Source: Eledone cirrhosa (Eukaryota). From it: DNA of 64,000 bases. The stretch is from the NCBI GenBank assembly GCA_964016885.1, contig OZ024743.1, positions 269,514,001-269,578,000 of the forward strand, read 5' to 3'. Within the stretch, counting starts at the first letter, position 1. Each line of letters opens with the position of its first letter. The translations under genes were made by a program, and so were the position numbers. The notes below the pieces were generated by a model. It searched no databases. It saw only the letters and a list, made by a program, of their open reading frames with translations, and was not told where the DNA came from. Positions 40,305-53,575 of this stretch are shown in pieces.

Positions 40305-41673
40305 GAGAAGTGTGTGGGAACAGAGTTCAAAAGGTGTGTAGGGGGAGTGGTGGAGAGACATATAGCGAAAGGAAACGGTGCGAATGAAAAATTAACAAAT
40401 AAAGACAAAAATATAATAAATAATAAATAAAAATAAAGCATGATCAAAATACAAGGAATGAGAAAATTTTAAAATAAAGGCATGATCAAAATAAACTGAA
40501 ATTAAAAGGGGGGTAAACAGGTGGTGGAAGGGTGTGGGGTGAGTAGGGGTGGTGGCGGGTGGAGTGGGGAGAGGGAGACGGGGTGTCCGAGCGGGGAGGG
40601 CTGAAGGTGGTGTGTGTGGTTAGGTGTGCGTGTGTGTGTGTGTGTGTGTGTATGTGAAAGTGAGGGTTGGGGGAAGAACGGGGTTGCATGTTCAGGAAGG
40701 TGTGTGTGGGGGGTGTTTTTGTGGGTCGGAGGGTCTGTGCGTGTGTGGATAGGGGGGTGGAGGGAGAGGAATCAGGAGGCTGAGGGTGTAAATATGTGGT
40801 GGGAAGCATGTGTGTGTGGTTTAAGCGTGTTGTGGGTGTGGGTGGCGTGTGGATAAAAAATTTTTTTTTGGGTGTGTGTGTGGGTGAGTTATATAGGTGA
40901 TGGTGTAAGAGGATGGTTGAAAAGTTGGTAAGTTACACGGATGTTTGGAGATTTTGGTTAGAAGTCAATAACGCGTGTGGGTAATCCAAGAAGCGGTGGT
41001 CGGAAGAAGAGAGATGTGGGGTGCGTGCCCAACAGGAAGTGGTCAGCAGTGGAAGTGCTGTGGTCAGTTGGTGCTGAGACAGTGGTCGGAAGGGCATAGC
41101 AGCAGTCGGCGGAATGGTAGGGAGGCGAGGATGGGTAGGTGTGAGAGTTGGAGTGAGGAGGGTGTGTGTGTGTGTGTGTGTGTATTAGTAGGGGTGTTAG
41201 TGGGATGAGTGAGTGTGGAGCGGGGAGAGAAGGGTGTGTGTGGTTCTATGGAGGGAGTGTGGTGTACTGGTGTGTGTGTAGTTTGGTGAAGAGGTGTTAG
41301 TGGGTGTTAGTATACGGGAGGTGGGGAGGGGTGGAATGCAGGTGTGAGTGGGGGTTAGTGGGGGTAGGGTGTGTAGAGTTGGTGGTGTACGAGGGTGTGT
41401 GGGTACGTGTGCGTGGGGTTGGAGGGTGTTAGTGATGTTAGTTGCGTGTGGGGTGGGTGGTGTAAGTGGGTGCGTGTGTGCGTGTGATAAGGAGGGGGGA
41501 GGAGGAGAAGAGGGGAGGGAAGGGATGTTAGTATGTTAGTTGGGGAAGGGTGGTCAGATGAGGGGTGGAGTGGAGGTGTTAGTATTGTTAGAGTGGGGTG
41601 GGCGGTGAAAAGGAGGGGTGTGTTAGTGGTGTTAGTGGGGGATAAGTGTGGGGGGAGGGGGGGCGGTCGAACG

Positions 41674-43458
41674 CTAAAGGAATAAGGGTGGGGAGTTCAG
41701 GCCGGGGGGAGTGTGGGTCTGTAAGATAAAGATAGTGCGTTGTTCGACCGTAAGGCGATGGGCGGGTGTTCCGTGGCACTGGAGTAGGCCACAGACTGTG
41801 AGATGGCGTGCGGAGTGTCCAGGGCCACCAAAGTGGCGGGCGATGGGGGAACTGCCTCCGAGACGAATATCCCGGAGGTGCTCCGTGACTCGGTCCGCCA
41901 GGCGACGTCCCGTCTGTCCGACATAAGTCGCGCTGCACTCCGTGCAAAGAAGTCCGTAGACTAGGTTGGAGGAGGTGCAGCGGAAGGCATGCCGGACCGA
42001 GAGAGGGTGGCCGTTGGGACCCTGGAAGGTGGTGGTGTTGGTGATGTGGGGACAGGTGTTGCAGCGGGGCCTAGAACAGGGGAAGGAACCGGGGGGGGGG
42101 AACGGAGCGTGGGTTGGGGGGTAGGGAGCTGTGGACGACGAGGGTGCGGAGATTGCGTGCGCGTTTGAAGGAGGGGAGTGGTGGGGTTGGGAAGATGTGG
42201 GAGGTGGAGGGGTCGGACTGGAGGCGTCGGAAGAGGCGGCGGATGGTGCGGTGGAGGGGTAAGGTGGAGGGGTGGTAGGTGATGGGGAAGGGGAGACGGT
42301 GGGTGGGTGTGCGGTGGCGTGGGGTGAGGGTGGTGGAGCGGGGGATAGCACGGGCGCGGGTGAGAGCGGTGTGGACGAGAGAGGGGGGGGGGGGTAACCT
42401 CTGCGGATGAAATGGCTGACTAGGGAAAGGGCCTGGGACTCGAAGTCAGCATCTCGGCTACAGAGGCGGCGGATCCTGAGAAGTTGGGTGTAGGGAATGG
42501 AGAGTTTAGTGTGGGTGGGGTGGGAAGAGGTGAAGTCGAGGTAAGAGTGGGAGTCGGTGGGTTTGAAGAAGGCGGAGGTGACGAGGGAGTGGGTGGAGGG
42601 GTCGAAGGCGACGGAGATGTCCAAGAAGTGGACGTGGGTGGTGGAGATAGAGGTGCTGAAGTGGAGGGAGGGGTGGAAGGAGCAGAAGAAGGAGAGAAAG
42701 GAGTCGAGCTGTACTCGGGTGAGGGTCGTGGCTCCGATACAGTCGTCAATGTAACGACCGTACAGTTCGGGCGTGGGGCCGGTGTACTGGGCAAAGATTT
42801 GGGCCTCAACATGGCCAACAAAAAGGTTGGCATAGTTCGGGCCCATTCTTGTGCCCATGGCTACCCCCGTGACCTGTTGGTAAAACTCACCCGAGAAGGA
42901 GAAACAATTTAGGGTGAGGACCAGCTCGGTGAGGCGAAGGAGGGTGGGAGTGGAGGGAATGGGGGAGGGGCGAAGGTCGAGGTAGTGTTTGAGGGCGCGA
43001 AGGCCGTCGGCGTGGGGGATGACGGTATAGAGGGACTTGATGTCTAGGGTGAAGAGGAATGGCTGAGGGCCGGGTAGGTAGGTGAAGGAGTCGAAAAGGC
43101 GCAGGGCGTGGTTGGTGTCAGAGATGTGGGAGGGGAGGGTGGTGACAAGGGGGGCGAGGAGGGAGTCGAGAAAGGCGGAGATGAGTTCGGTGGGGCAGTT
43201 GCAAGCGGAGACGATGGGGTGGCCGGGGTTGTCGGGTTTGTGGAGTTTGGGGAGGAAGTAGATGGTGGGGGTGCGGGGGGTGCGGACGATGAGGTGGGAA
43301 GCGGTGGGGGGGGGGGGGAGGGAGGAGGCGATAAGGTTTTTGATGGTGGAGGAGACTTGTTGTTGGTAGAGGGGGGTGGGATCGGAGGGTAGAGGGCGGT
43401 AAAAGAGGGGGTTACAGAGCTGCCTGAGGGCTTCGGCCGTGTAGAGGTCCGCGCGCCA
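41674..43458 (-). pseudogene. Penelope RT-GIY-YIG ORF with frameshifts bounded by the poly-G runs (~42383-42394, ~42091-42100)
   Basis: YFLPKLHKP..PIVS, TLDIKSLYT.IPH, GVAMGTRMGP.YA.LF, RYIDD, FLD, CSRPRCNTC, LVYGLLC..YVGQT.R.L..R..EH. The Pro/Ser-rich middle is out of frame; another frame gives ITYHP..LQSDP..IFP.PPL..FKR.RNLR. Confidence 0.9.
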
Positions 43459-43639
43459 TATATATATATATATATATAGATACATGCATATATGTTTCTC
43501 TCTCCCTCTCCCTCTCTCTCTGTTAATTCAGACTGAGGGAAAAGGGATTGAGAAAGAGGGTGACTGAGATCGAGAGAAATCGAAAGAGCAATAGAGGGAT
43601 GTACGTACGTACGTGCACATTTTGAAAGTGTCATCTATC

Positions 43640-44290
43640 GCAGCCATTTGTAGTCTATGAATTAGGAAGCTGCGCCCTTGTCCACAAATCCAAGTTCAGT
43701 CATACTTTGGTCCAAGCGGGTTGGTATATAACCTGTAGCTCCAATAATGATGGGTATGAAGCTGAAAGTGTATCTTGGACACTGGATTGCAAACTCCTCA
43801 TCAATGGTCCGTAGATGTTCTCCTCCTTTTGTATTTTTCTTACAACGTTGACATCAAGTGGGCAGCTGATCTCCACAACAGAGCACGTTTTCAACGTGTG
43901 GTCCCAAACAATAATATCAATCCGGTTGTGCTTTACTTTGGTGGCAGTTTTTATTTTCAGGTTCCACCAGTATTCTTTAGTGTCATCTATCTCAACATAT
44001 TCCTCCTCATTTGTTATTAATTTTGTTTTCCTAAGTGCGCTCCAGATTGTTCTACCTATCACATTGTGTCTCATAGGGAGGTAGTAGCTAGACGATGTTT
44101 TTCGCAGATGGCAACAATGTGGCTAACATCTTCGATCTTTGTTTTACAAAGCCTACATTTAGTGTCGACTGATGGCTCTCCTCTTTTGTGTAGCAGATAT
44201 TTGGTAGGGATCTTTTTGTTCCTGTATTGCAAAGAGATATCCTTCAAGGCGGGATGTCATAAACATGTCGGAACTCCATGCCAGGCGTTT
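43640..44290 (-). mobile_element. R4/Dong-like non-LTR fragment: CCHC knuckle + RLE domain
   Basis: CRLC...EDVSHIVAIC, RHN, WWN, HNRIDII.WD...VVEISCPLD.N motifs; frameshifted. Confidence 0.8.
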
Positions 44291-44469
44291 TGAATTATTT
44301 ATTCCCTCTATGGTCTATATGTATGTATATTTGTATCTATGTATGAATGTATGTATGTATGCATGCATTTATGTATGCATGCATGTATATATTTATCTAT
44401 GTATGCATGTACGTATAAATGTATGTATGTATTTATACACACACACAAATGTATGTGTGTATATATATA

Positions 44470-44529
<60 letters not shown>

Positions 44530-44605
44530 CGAAGGAAATGTGGTAAGGAACCAGGTGGACCATAACGCACCAAAGTACTCAATACTTGAGGTAGTAGAGT
44601 GGGTA

Positions 44606-44739
44606 ATAGGAACCAGTAAGACCCCGACAGCTGAGCTCAAGCCGTTTCGACGGCTAATTCTGTTTCCGTTTCGACGGCAGTCCAGAATTAGCCGTCGAAA
44701 CGGCTTGAGCTCAGCTGTCGGGGTCTTACTGGTTCCTAT
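44606..44739. repeat. Perfect ~57-bp-arm fold-back element adjoining (TA)n
   Basis: 44606-44662 is the reverse complement of 44683-44739. Confidence 0.9.
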
Positions 44740-45587
44740 ATATATATATATATATATGAAATACAATATGTTGAAAGGGTAACACACTAGAGAGAGATAG
44801 TGTGCCATCAATAAAACAGGGAAAACCACCAGTGTATGGAATCTAAACCTATGGAAGGCAGGGTAGACACACAATAATTAAAAATATAAATTAAAATGTA
44901 TATACACACCTCTATAACTATATAACACAGGAGTACAAATCCAAAGAGAACTGTTTCTCCAGGAAGTTGTTGAATGAAATGGAATCGCCTATGGTTCATC
45001 AGCGTGCAAGACTATACATTCCAGACAACTCTAAGAGAATCTAAAGCGACTGTCCAGCTACACGCGGCAGAGAGATGTCACAGCGTGTTTAGGGCAGTGA
45101 ACCAGTGGTATCTGAGGGACGAGCTGCTAGAAAGGGCAGCCCCAAAACCACTCAAAGAAATGTGCTCAACCAAACAGAGGGAGAAGAAAGACAGTTATAT
45201 ATATATATATATATATTTCTATAATTATGTCTGTGTGTATTTGTGTGGATAGTAAGCTAATGTCTACTTATTAGAACATTGCTTAACTAATCTAAAAACG
45301 TATTTTTAAAACTGATGATGTTCAATCCGAAATTAAAAATATAATTAGATCCATGGAAAGAATATCTATTCGCGGAAAATAAAAATCTGATATGATTGTG
45401 TATGTGTATGTATGTGGATGTGTGTATGTGTGTGAGTGTATGTATGTGTATGTGTGTGTGTATGTGTATGCATGTACGTATGTATGTATTATGTATGTAT
45501 GTATTATGTATGTATGTATTATGTATGTATGTATGTATGTACATATGCATGTATGTACATATGCATGTATGTATATATGTATGTATG

Positions 45588-46152
45588 TTCTTCTGATTTT
45601 ATAATTTCACAAATTTTTCCCAATAGAGAGAGAGAGTCGGTTTCTAACATAGACACAAGATTCTCTCTTTGAAATTTACACAACATCAACAGGTAGATAT
45701 GTATGTATGTCTGCATGCATGCATGTGTAGATATGGATGTTATTGTATGTGTGGATGTGTATGTTTTGAGTTGTATGTGTGCATGTGTGTATGCTTTGTA
45801 TCTGTACGTGTGTATATGCAGTTATTAGATGCAACATTTTTGGAATGTTTTACATATTTTTACTGTTCCATTAATGGATTCTACTTGTAATTTCCTAACT
45901 AGTTGTGTTCTTTCTGTTCCTGTGAAGCCTAGCTTCACAAGATTTGTATTGAGGCAGTTACTAACATACCCCAGTGCCCCAATAATCACAGGCATAAATC
46001 TGAAGGTGTAATCAGGGTGGAGTATCTGCAGATTTCTCATGAGTTCTGCATAAATATTCTCCTTTTCGCTAATCTTTGATATTATATTGGCATCTGCTGG
46101 GCAGCTAATTTCCACTACTGTGCATGCTTTATTCTCCCTGTCCCATATCATA
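45588..46152 (-). mobile_element. 3' fragment of an R4/Dong-like element (RLE domain + 3'UTR)
   Basis: ORF 45825-46151 IWDRENKACTVVEISCPADANII.K..EK..IY..L....PVIIGALG; (ATGT)n on both sides. Confidence 0.8.
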
Positions 46153-46619
46153 ATGTATGTATGTATGTATGTATGTATGTATGTATGTATGTATGTATGT
46201 ATGTATGTATGTATGTATGTATGTATGTATGTATGTATGGAGAAGGAAAACTCTGATATAACACCTGCAACTCTGATGGTAATCCAATGATGTTGACTTG
46301 TTCTTCTTTTTGGTAAATATCATCTTGGTTAAGAGAGTGGAACTGGCTTTGTGCAGTGCCTTTGCTCACTATAAAAGCTTCACGGCACAGGCATTGCTTT
46401 ATATCTGGAGATCTCTCTGCACTTGTCACATGGTAACATGGGCCCAGCACTATCACAAGTAACTGTCACAAGTGTAGTGTTTGTACCAGAGTTTTCAAGT
46501 CGCTGGCTGGACTAAAAAGTCACACTCGTTCAGCGCACCAGTAGGGGTTCTCCTACATGGATATAAAGTAGTGGCCGTACTCGAAAACGAGTTGGCAGCC
46601 ACCATGTTTCTATGTATAC

Positions 46620-48310
46620 ATGGAAAAGGAGACTATGACAGATGATGAATGATCCAACCATTGATAAGGTCTACTATCAAAGAGATAAACATAAAGAAAG
46701 CTCCAAGTTTGGATGGAATACCTGTTGAACTGATATGCCTCGGAGAAGACAATGTTGTTATGGCCTTTTATCGGATAGTTTTATCTGTAAGGCTTGGCGA
46801 TCCTATTTCACATGACTGGGTAGATGCAATTCTCATGTCGATTTACAAGGGCAAGGACTCCAAATCTGAATATGGGGATTATTGTGGAATATGTCTACTT
46901 ATATTGGCAAGAAAAGATTTATCTATGATCCTGCTGAATCTTTTAAAATGGATAAAATGGATCTGATCTGGTACCATCCATGAGACCCAGTGTTGATTCA
47001 CAGCTAGACGGGTTACTATGCAGAATTGTGCTGAGCAGCGAGTGACATTGTACCAAGCATTTGTGGACCTTACTGTTACATACATACTAAAGCCTTACGT
47101 ACTGTTACTTACTAAAGCCTTAATTATAATACATCGTAGTGTATTATGGATCATAGAGGGGAAACTTAGATACCCTCCTGAATTTGTAGGAATATAAAAA
47201 AAAACTCCATATGAAAGCAAAGTGAACTTCACTGGGATACATTCAGAAGCAATTTCAGTGGAAAATGGTGTCGAACAGGGTGACATGTCTACACCCACTA
47301 TGTTCTCCATCTACTCGGCTGTTCTACTGACCTATGCATTCCCGAACTTCGAAATCGGTGTATACTTGCCATTTAGAATAACCAGCAAAGTTTTGATTCT
47401 AAGACGTCTTAATATTTGGCACTCTTGTCAGGGAGTTTCTGTATGATGATGCTGATTTTGTGGCTATCACAGTAGACGACGTGCAGTTGATAATGGATAC
47501 CTTCTCCAATGTATACACTGCATTTGGGCTAAATATTAGCATCAATAAGACAAAGGCCATGCACACTCCAATTGGGGAAGTGCATGTGGAACCAAACAGT
47601 TTCGTGGTAGACAGCTTTGTGTAAGTTGAAAGTACACTTAGTAGAGATGATACCCTCTATGTTGAAATAAATCACAGGATTGCGAAAGCAAGTTTTGCCT
47701 TCGGGAAGCTTGAGAAGTGAGTCTGGTTAAATCGGAATAGCACGAGAGATACAAAGCTCTGTGTGAATGAGGCCTGTGTCATTAGAGCCCTGCTATACGG
47801 ATACGATACGTGGACAAATTACAGGCGTCATATCAAACAGCTGGAAAAGTCTCATTAGTCTTTTATCAATACATCCTGAACATCAAGTGGTTCTCTTACA
47901 CACATGATCCTGCTGTGCATGTAAAAGTGGGCAGCACCTGTATTGAAAAGACGATTATTATAAACTAGATGCATTAGGCTGATTATGTGGTTAGGACGGA
48001 AGATGGGAGGCTCACTAAAGAGTCATTTTATGGGAAGCTGACCAGAGGGAAAAGGCCACAGTTTAAACCATAGAACCGGTTTAAGGATGCCATAAAAGAC
48101 AATCTTAAATCTCTGAAGTTTGATATGGAGAATTGAGAGGCATTAGATGAAGACCGTATATCATGAAGAATGATCATTAAGTATGGATGTTATGTCTTTG
48201 AGAAAAAGCGAGTGGAACATGCTGCATTGAAGCGTTCATTCCGTAAGCGGGACCCAAGTGCAGTGCCTACAAAAATCCATCCGGAGTTGAAGTGCAATAT
48301 GTGTGAATTA
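46620..48310 (+). pseudogene. Decayed RTE (BovB-like) LINE ORF: RT and C-terminus
   Basis: KAPSLDGIPVE, W.DA....IYKGK, GVEQGD..PTMFSIY, YDD, GLNISINKTK, RIAKASFAFGKL, LLYG..TW; many stops and frameshifts. Confidence 0.85.
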
Positions 48311-48761
48311 TTTCTTCTACTCACTACCATCGGAGTGGAGTTGTCCACATGCATCAGTGAGCTCCACCAATTGACTCATTGTCGACATCCTCCAGAGCAA
48401 CGTTTTTTTCCTTTCTGCCCACTAGAAACACGAGGTCGCCAGCACATGATCTCCCACCCCGTCAGAGTCCACATCCTTGGGGTAGCGATGCCGAGTTGTA
48501 CCGCTACTTTTGGGTTACATTGTAAAATCATAGTATTTATATACAGAAAATCTGTCCTATTCACGCAATACCCCCCCCCCCCCCCAACAAAACTTCCCCA
48601 CATTCAATGTCCATTCGTTCAGCTCTCTCCTCCATAGCAAACACTACTAAACAGCTAAGTTATTCTTACATTACAAGTTTAAATATGTCATTATCATTGT
48701 TTCTATTTTTAATTCATTCTACGAGTTCGTTTGTTGGTATATATATATATATATATATATT

Positions 48762-48921
<160 letters not shown>

Positions 48922-48952
48922 CATATATATAAATATATATACATATATATAA

Positions 48953-49191
<239 letters not shown>

Positions 49192-49202
49192 CATATATAT
49201 AA

Positions 49203-49298
<96 letters not shown>

Positions 49299-49737
49299 TT
49301 TCGTTTGTTGGTATATATATATATAGGTTTTTTTTCTCCAATGTTTGTATATATCCTCTTTATCTTTATATATTTACCTCATTACATTATTCTAGACAAG
49401 ATTTCTTGATTTCGTCTTTGTTTCTTTCTATATAGCGCGGTTTCAGTTTATATACTTCACTAGAAATTCATTTCCGCCATTGCTATACTGAAATCCACTG
49501 ATCAAGAGCAGCTGACCAGAATACTAAATTATATTGAAACCACTTGAAGGTGAGTGAACTCTCTAGAGAGACGTAACTATATATCACTGTAGGAATACGA
49601 GGGCTTAAGAGGTAAAGAAAGAAAGATTTAGAAGAGGAGAAAGTGAGGTTGAGGTAGAGGGAGATAGAGAGAGGAGATAGAGAATGAAAAAGAGAGCGTG
49701 GGTGAGAGAGAAAGAGTATGTGTTGTGTATGTATGTA

Positions 49738-49770
<33 letters not shown>

Positions 49771-50129
49771 GTGAGAGAGAAAGAGAGAGAAGAGATAAAG
49801 TGTGAAAAGGAGAAGGTGAGAGAGGGGAAAAGATAGATTAGAAAAGTAACGGAATGTACACAGCTAAATAAAACAAAATAAAACAAACGAAACAAACAAT
49901 ATAAATCATGTAAACGAACAAACATTTTTCATTAACACACACAAACACACACACACACATACACACACATACACACACGCACACACGCACACGCACACAC
50001 ACTCCCACACATATTTATATATACACATTTAATCTCGTTTATATACGGTTATTTACACATACACGCACGTATGTAGTCACTCACACACGCTCACACACAC
50101 GCACGCACACGCACGCACACACACGCACG

Positions 50130-50202
<73 letters not shown>

Positions 50203-50659
50203 ACACATAGCAAAACCACTTCGGACAAAGTACTCAAAGTACTAATGTTGGGTGTGAACACCCCACGACATTGAATCCAACAATAATTGTTCTGGTTCTT
50301 TCGAAAATGTATAATATAAAAGTATATATGTAAATATATGTAAGCACTGGCGACTAATTGGCATAGTCGTTAGGGTTATCAAATTACCGGCCACAGTATA
50401 TGCCTTGTTTCTCGGTGCTGAGTTCAAATCTCGTCGATGTGAACTTTGTCTTTTATTTCTTTAAGGTCGTGTCCATTATATACTAGTCCATTATTGTGGT
50501 TGGTTCCCTTTCTAACTTTTTATCTGCCAGGTTTAAATGCCCCAAACTCTCCTTATATCAGAGAAGCGCCCGTAAATACTACACAATGAGATCAAGTCGT
50601 TTTTTAAAATATATATTCCAATCCGCCCGTCCCTTCAATCTATCTTATTTCTCATTCTT

Positions 50660-50695
50660 TCTTCTGATGAAGAACTAGCGTCTGAAACGTTAAGA
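50660..50695 (+). ncRNA. Minimal hammerhead motif (related degenerate copy on - strand at ~18586-18622)
   Basis: TCTT-CTGATGA-AGA-actagcg-TCT-GAAAC-GTT-AAGA. Confidence 0.55.
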
Positions 50696-50851
50696 CCCCC
50701 CCCTCCCCGCTATTTCAAGCGTTAAGCTAATATATTCCTTCCATATACTGTACCAATTGTGTTATTTCTGTTTACCCTTTACACACAGACACACTTATAA
50801 AGCATGAAGCTAATAAGACTTTTTGTACCTCTGTTTGTTGTTTCCTTGAAC

Positions 50852-50960
<109 letters not shown>

Positions 50961-51006
50961 TAATAAATATCAAATATCAAATATACAAACAGGACTCGAT
51001 AATATT

Positions 51007-51148
51007 TATTATTAATACAGATTAAAATCTTAAGCAATGCATTTCTGCTTTCACCCTAAGTTTAAAACTCAGTCTCATATGATCCAGCTTAGGGTGAACA
51101 CAGGAATGAATTGCTTAAACTTTTGATCTGTACAATTATTTATTAATA
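51007..51148. mobile_element. Imperfect fold-back mini-element (single-arm relatives at ~70-133 and ~58835-58898)
   Basis: acagattaaa..taagcaa...ctgctttcaccctaag mirrored by cttagggtgaa...ttgcttaa..ttgatctgtac. Confidence 0.6.
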
Positions 51149-51194
51149 TATATATAGAGAGAGAGTGAGAGAGAAAGAGAGAGTGTGTGTGTGT

Positions 51195-51230
<36 letters not shown>

Positions 51231-51761
51231 GAGAGAGAAAGCGAGAGAGAGATATATCGTATGCTACCCAATTGCTTTGCTACTCGGGAGAAAGTAGAAA
51301 CGAACAAACACAGTACAGGACAACAGCATCATCATCATAGCTTTTCAGCCACGAAACTAGAATAGATAATGTGTGAATTTGTACAGAATTACTGGCGGGA
51401 TCATGGTGAAATCTGGGATGTCAATGGATAGGGAAAATATCTCCATCTATTGGAAGGAATGCTTTGTATGGCGATTCTTAACAACACCGTAGACATCAAG
51501 AAAATAAAGAAGGAAATGATACAGAAATAAGTTGAACAAACAAGAATAACGTATCGGAGATATATATATGTATAAGAAAATGAGGTTTCCTTTAATGAAA
51601 AAAAAAAGTATAAGGAAAAGAAATCGAAAATGCAACTGGAGTCTTTTTAAGAATATTTTTTGTTTCCTTTACCGGATACAGTTGCATTATATATATATAT
51701 ATATTAGTAGAGCACTGGTAGGTTATATCCGTAGTAGTAGAGCACTTAGTCCATGGGACTA

Positions 51762-51797
51762 AGCTGATGATCCGACTAAGGTGAAACAATTGTTCTC
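51762..51797 (+). ncRNA. Minimal hammerhead-like motif between (TA)n tracts
   Basis: ag-CTGATGA-tCC-gactaa-GGt-GAA-ACAATTGT-T-ct; palindromic stem III, weak stems I and II. Confidence 0.45.
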
Positions 51798-51925
51798 TGA
51801 AATAGTGAAGTAACTGTTGTGGAACTACTTATATATATATAAGGTGTCGAAACGACCGGAGCTCAGCCATCAGGGTCCTGACACTTTTTATATATATATA
51901 AAGAGAGAGAGAGAGAGAGGGAGAG

Positions 51926-52017
<92 letters not shown>

Positions 52018-52229
52018 TGAATTGCGAGTGCTAGATTGGTTGTTGCTTGAGCCCAGCCAACCGCAAAGGACAGAAACCACAGTAATAACAGTAGGAAAGG
52101 AGGAGCGAGGACTCAACAGGCCTGTAGGGCAGAAAAGAAGTATGTTGGCAAGCGACTCTGTGCCTAACATTTGAGTGGCTTTTTGAAACTCCTTTCTTTT
52201 CTAGTTCTCGCGTAGATATTGTATAAGAG

Positions 52230-52700
52230 TCGACCTCTTCTCCTTGTATTCGTTTTAAATATAATCTGTCTGTGTCAGCTTTTCTGAGATGTTTTCTAAA
52301 TGCAGTTATAATTTCTTTTGTTTCTTGTCTGGTCTTGCTAATTCACTTAGCTTCTAGCTGGGAATATTATAAGCGTAACTTATTACTGTAGCAACTAGAA
52401 TATTGATGACTATTACATTATATTTTGGCAATTAGTTCAGTTTTGAGCATTAATCTAATGCGTCTATAATATTGTTTCCTAATCTTTCTCTTTATTTATG
52501 TGTGTTGCGTTATCTGTAATTCATTAAACCCAAATATTTGTAAGCCTGTCTCATTCTATTTTGTTTCTTTATTTAACATAGTCATTATTATTTTTTAAAA
52601 TAGCTATTTCATTTTTGGCCTTCGGGCATTTATGCCAAACTGAATTCTATACGAATTTCCTTATTGAATTTAAAGCATATACGTAGCTTTAGATAATCCC
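52230..52700 (-). pseudogene. Decayed R4/Dong-like RT fragment
   Basis: YKYLG and KHLRKADTDRLYLKR..G motifs readable on the - strand. Confidence 0.55.
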
Positions 52701-53124
52701 TACAAGAATCCGGTTGACTACCATCCAACATTGTGTATATTCAGTGGGTACAGCATAGCAGAATGATTAAGCTGTTCGCTTTGCAATAATTTAGTGTCAG
52801 GTTCGATCCCATTGCGTGGCATCTTGGGGAAATTTTCTTTGCCAAAGCCTCAGATTGACCTACAACTTGAGAAGGAAATTTAGCGGACGGAAACTGTTTG
52901 GTGCCCGTCGGCATTTTAATGTGTACTTTTAATTCAAAGGACTAGCCTTGTCACACATTGTGTCATGCAAAATCTCCATGAGAATTAAGTTAAGGGTACA
53001 CCTTAATTTCATGCTCATACTATTCCCTTGAGCGAACAGCTGGAACACACATTGCCGAGATCAACACGTTATTTCATAGGTATTCACATGCAGATAAAAA
53101 AAAAGTAGAGTGATGTATTGGAAA

Positions 53125-53250
53125 TAATGGTTTCTGATTTATGCACAAGGCCAGCAATTTTTGCGGAGGGGGAAGTCGATTAAATTGACCTCAGTGCGTG
53201 ACTGGTACTTTATTTCATCGACCCCGTACGAATGAAAGCTAAACTCGGCG
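53125..53250 (-). mobile_element. Family A SINE fragment (others at ~50395-50470 + and ~57350-57445 +)
   Basis: Homology to the family A core and tail. Confidence 0.65.
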
Positions 53251-53300
53251 AGTTACTCTTTGGGTAGGAATTAATTTCGTTCCTTGTATTTACAATATGT

Positions 53301-53575
53301 GGAGGCACGTGGCCTAGTGGTAAGAGTGTTGGACTTACGATCATAATGTCGTGGGTTCGATTCCTGGGCTGCGTGTTGATTTCTTGAGCAAAACACTTCA
53401 TTTCACGTTGCTTCAGTATACTCAGCTGAAAATGAGTACCAGTAATAGCTGGAGGTTTAACCTTGCGATGGACTGGCGTCCTGTCCAGAGGGGAGTCTTG
53501 TACACTCAGTCGCTTCACGCCATGAAACCGGGATAAGCACCGGCCAAATGAACCTTCTGGCTTAAGACAGACTTT
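53301..53575 (+). mobile_element. tRNA-derived SINE family B
   Basis: A-box TGGCCTAGTGG, B-box GGTTCGATTCC, then cttgagcaaaacacttcatttcac and gcgatggactggcgtcctgtccag (V-domain-like); second copy at 61819. Confidence 0.8.

Larger units (their letters stand above)
40185..43458 (-). mobile_element. Penelope-like retroelement 2 (Neptune-like), 5'-truncated, in (TA)n
   Basis: RT + Cys linker + GIY-YIG ORF, long C-rich 3' region, hammerhead near the 3' end, (TA)n at both ends. Confidence 0.9.

Noticed and set aside
42420-43634. Alternative-frame Pro/Ser- and Gly-rich ORFs
   Set aside because: Shadows of the C-rich Penelope ORF.
53301-53375. tRNA gene
   Set aside because: A and B boxes are present but there is no closed acceptor stem; it continues into a SINE body repeated at 61819.
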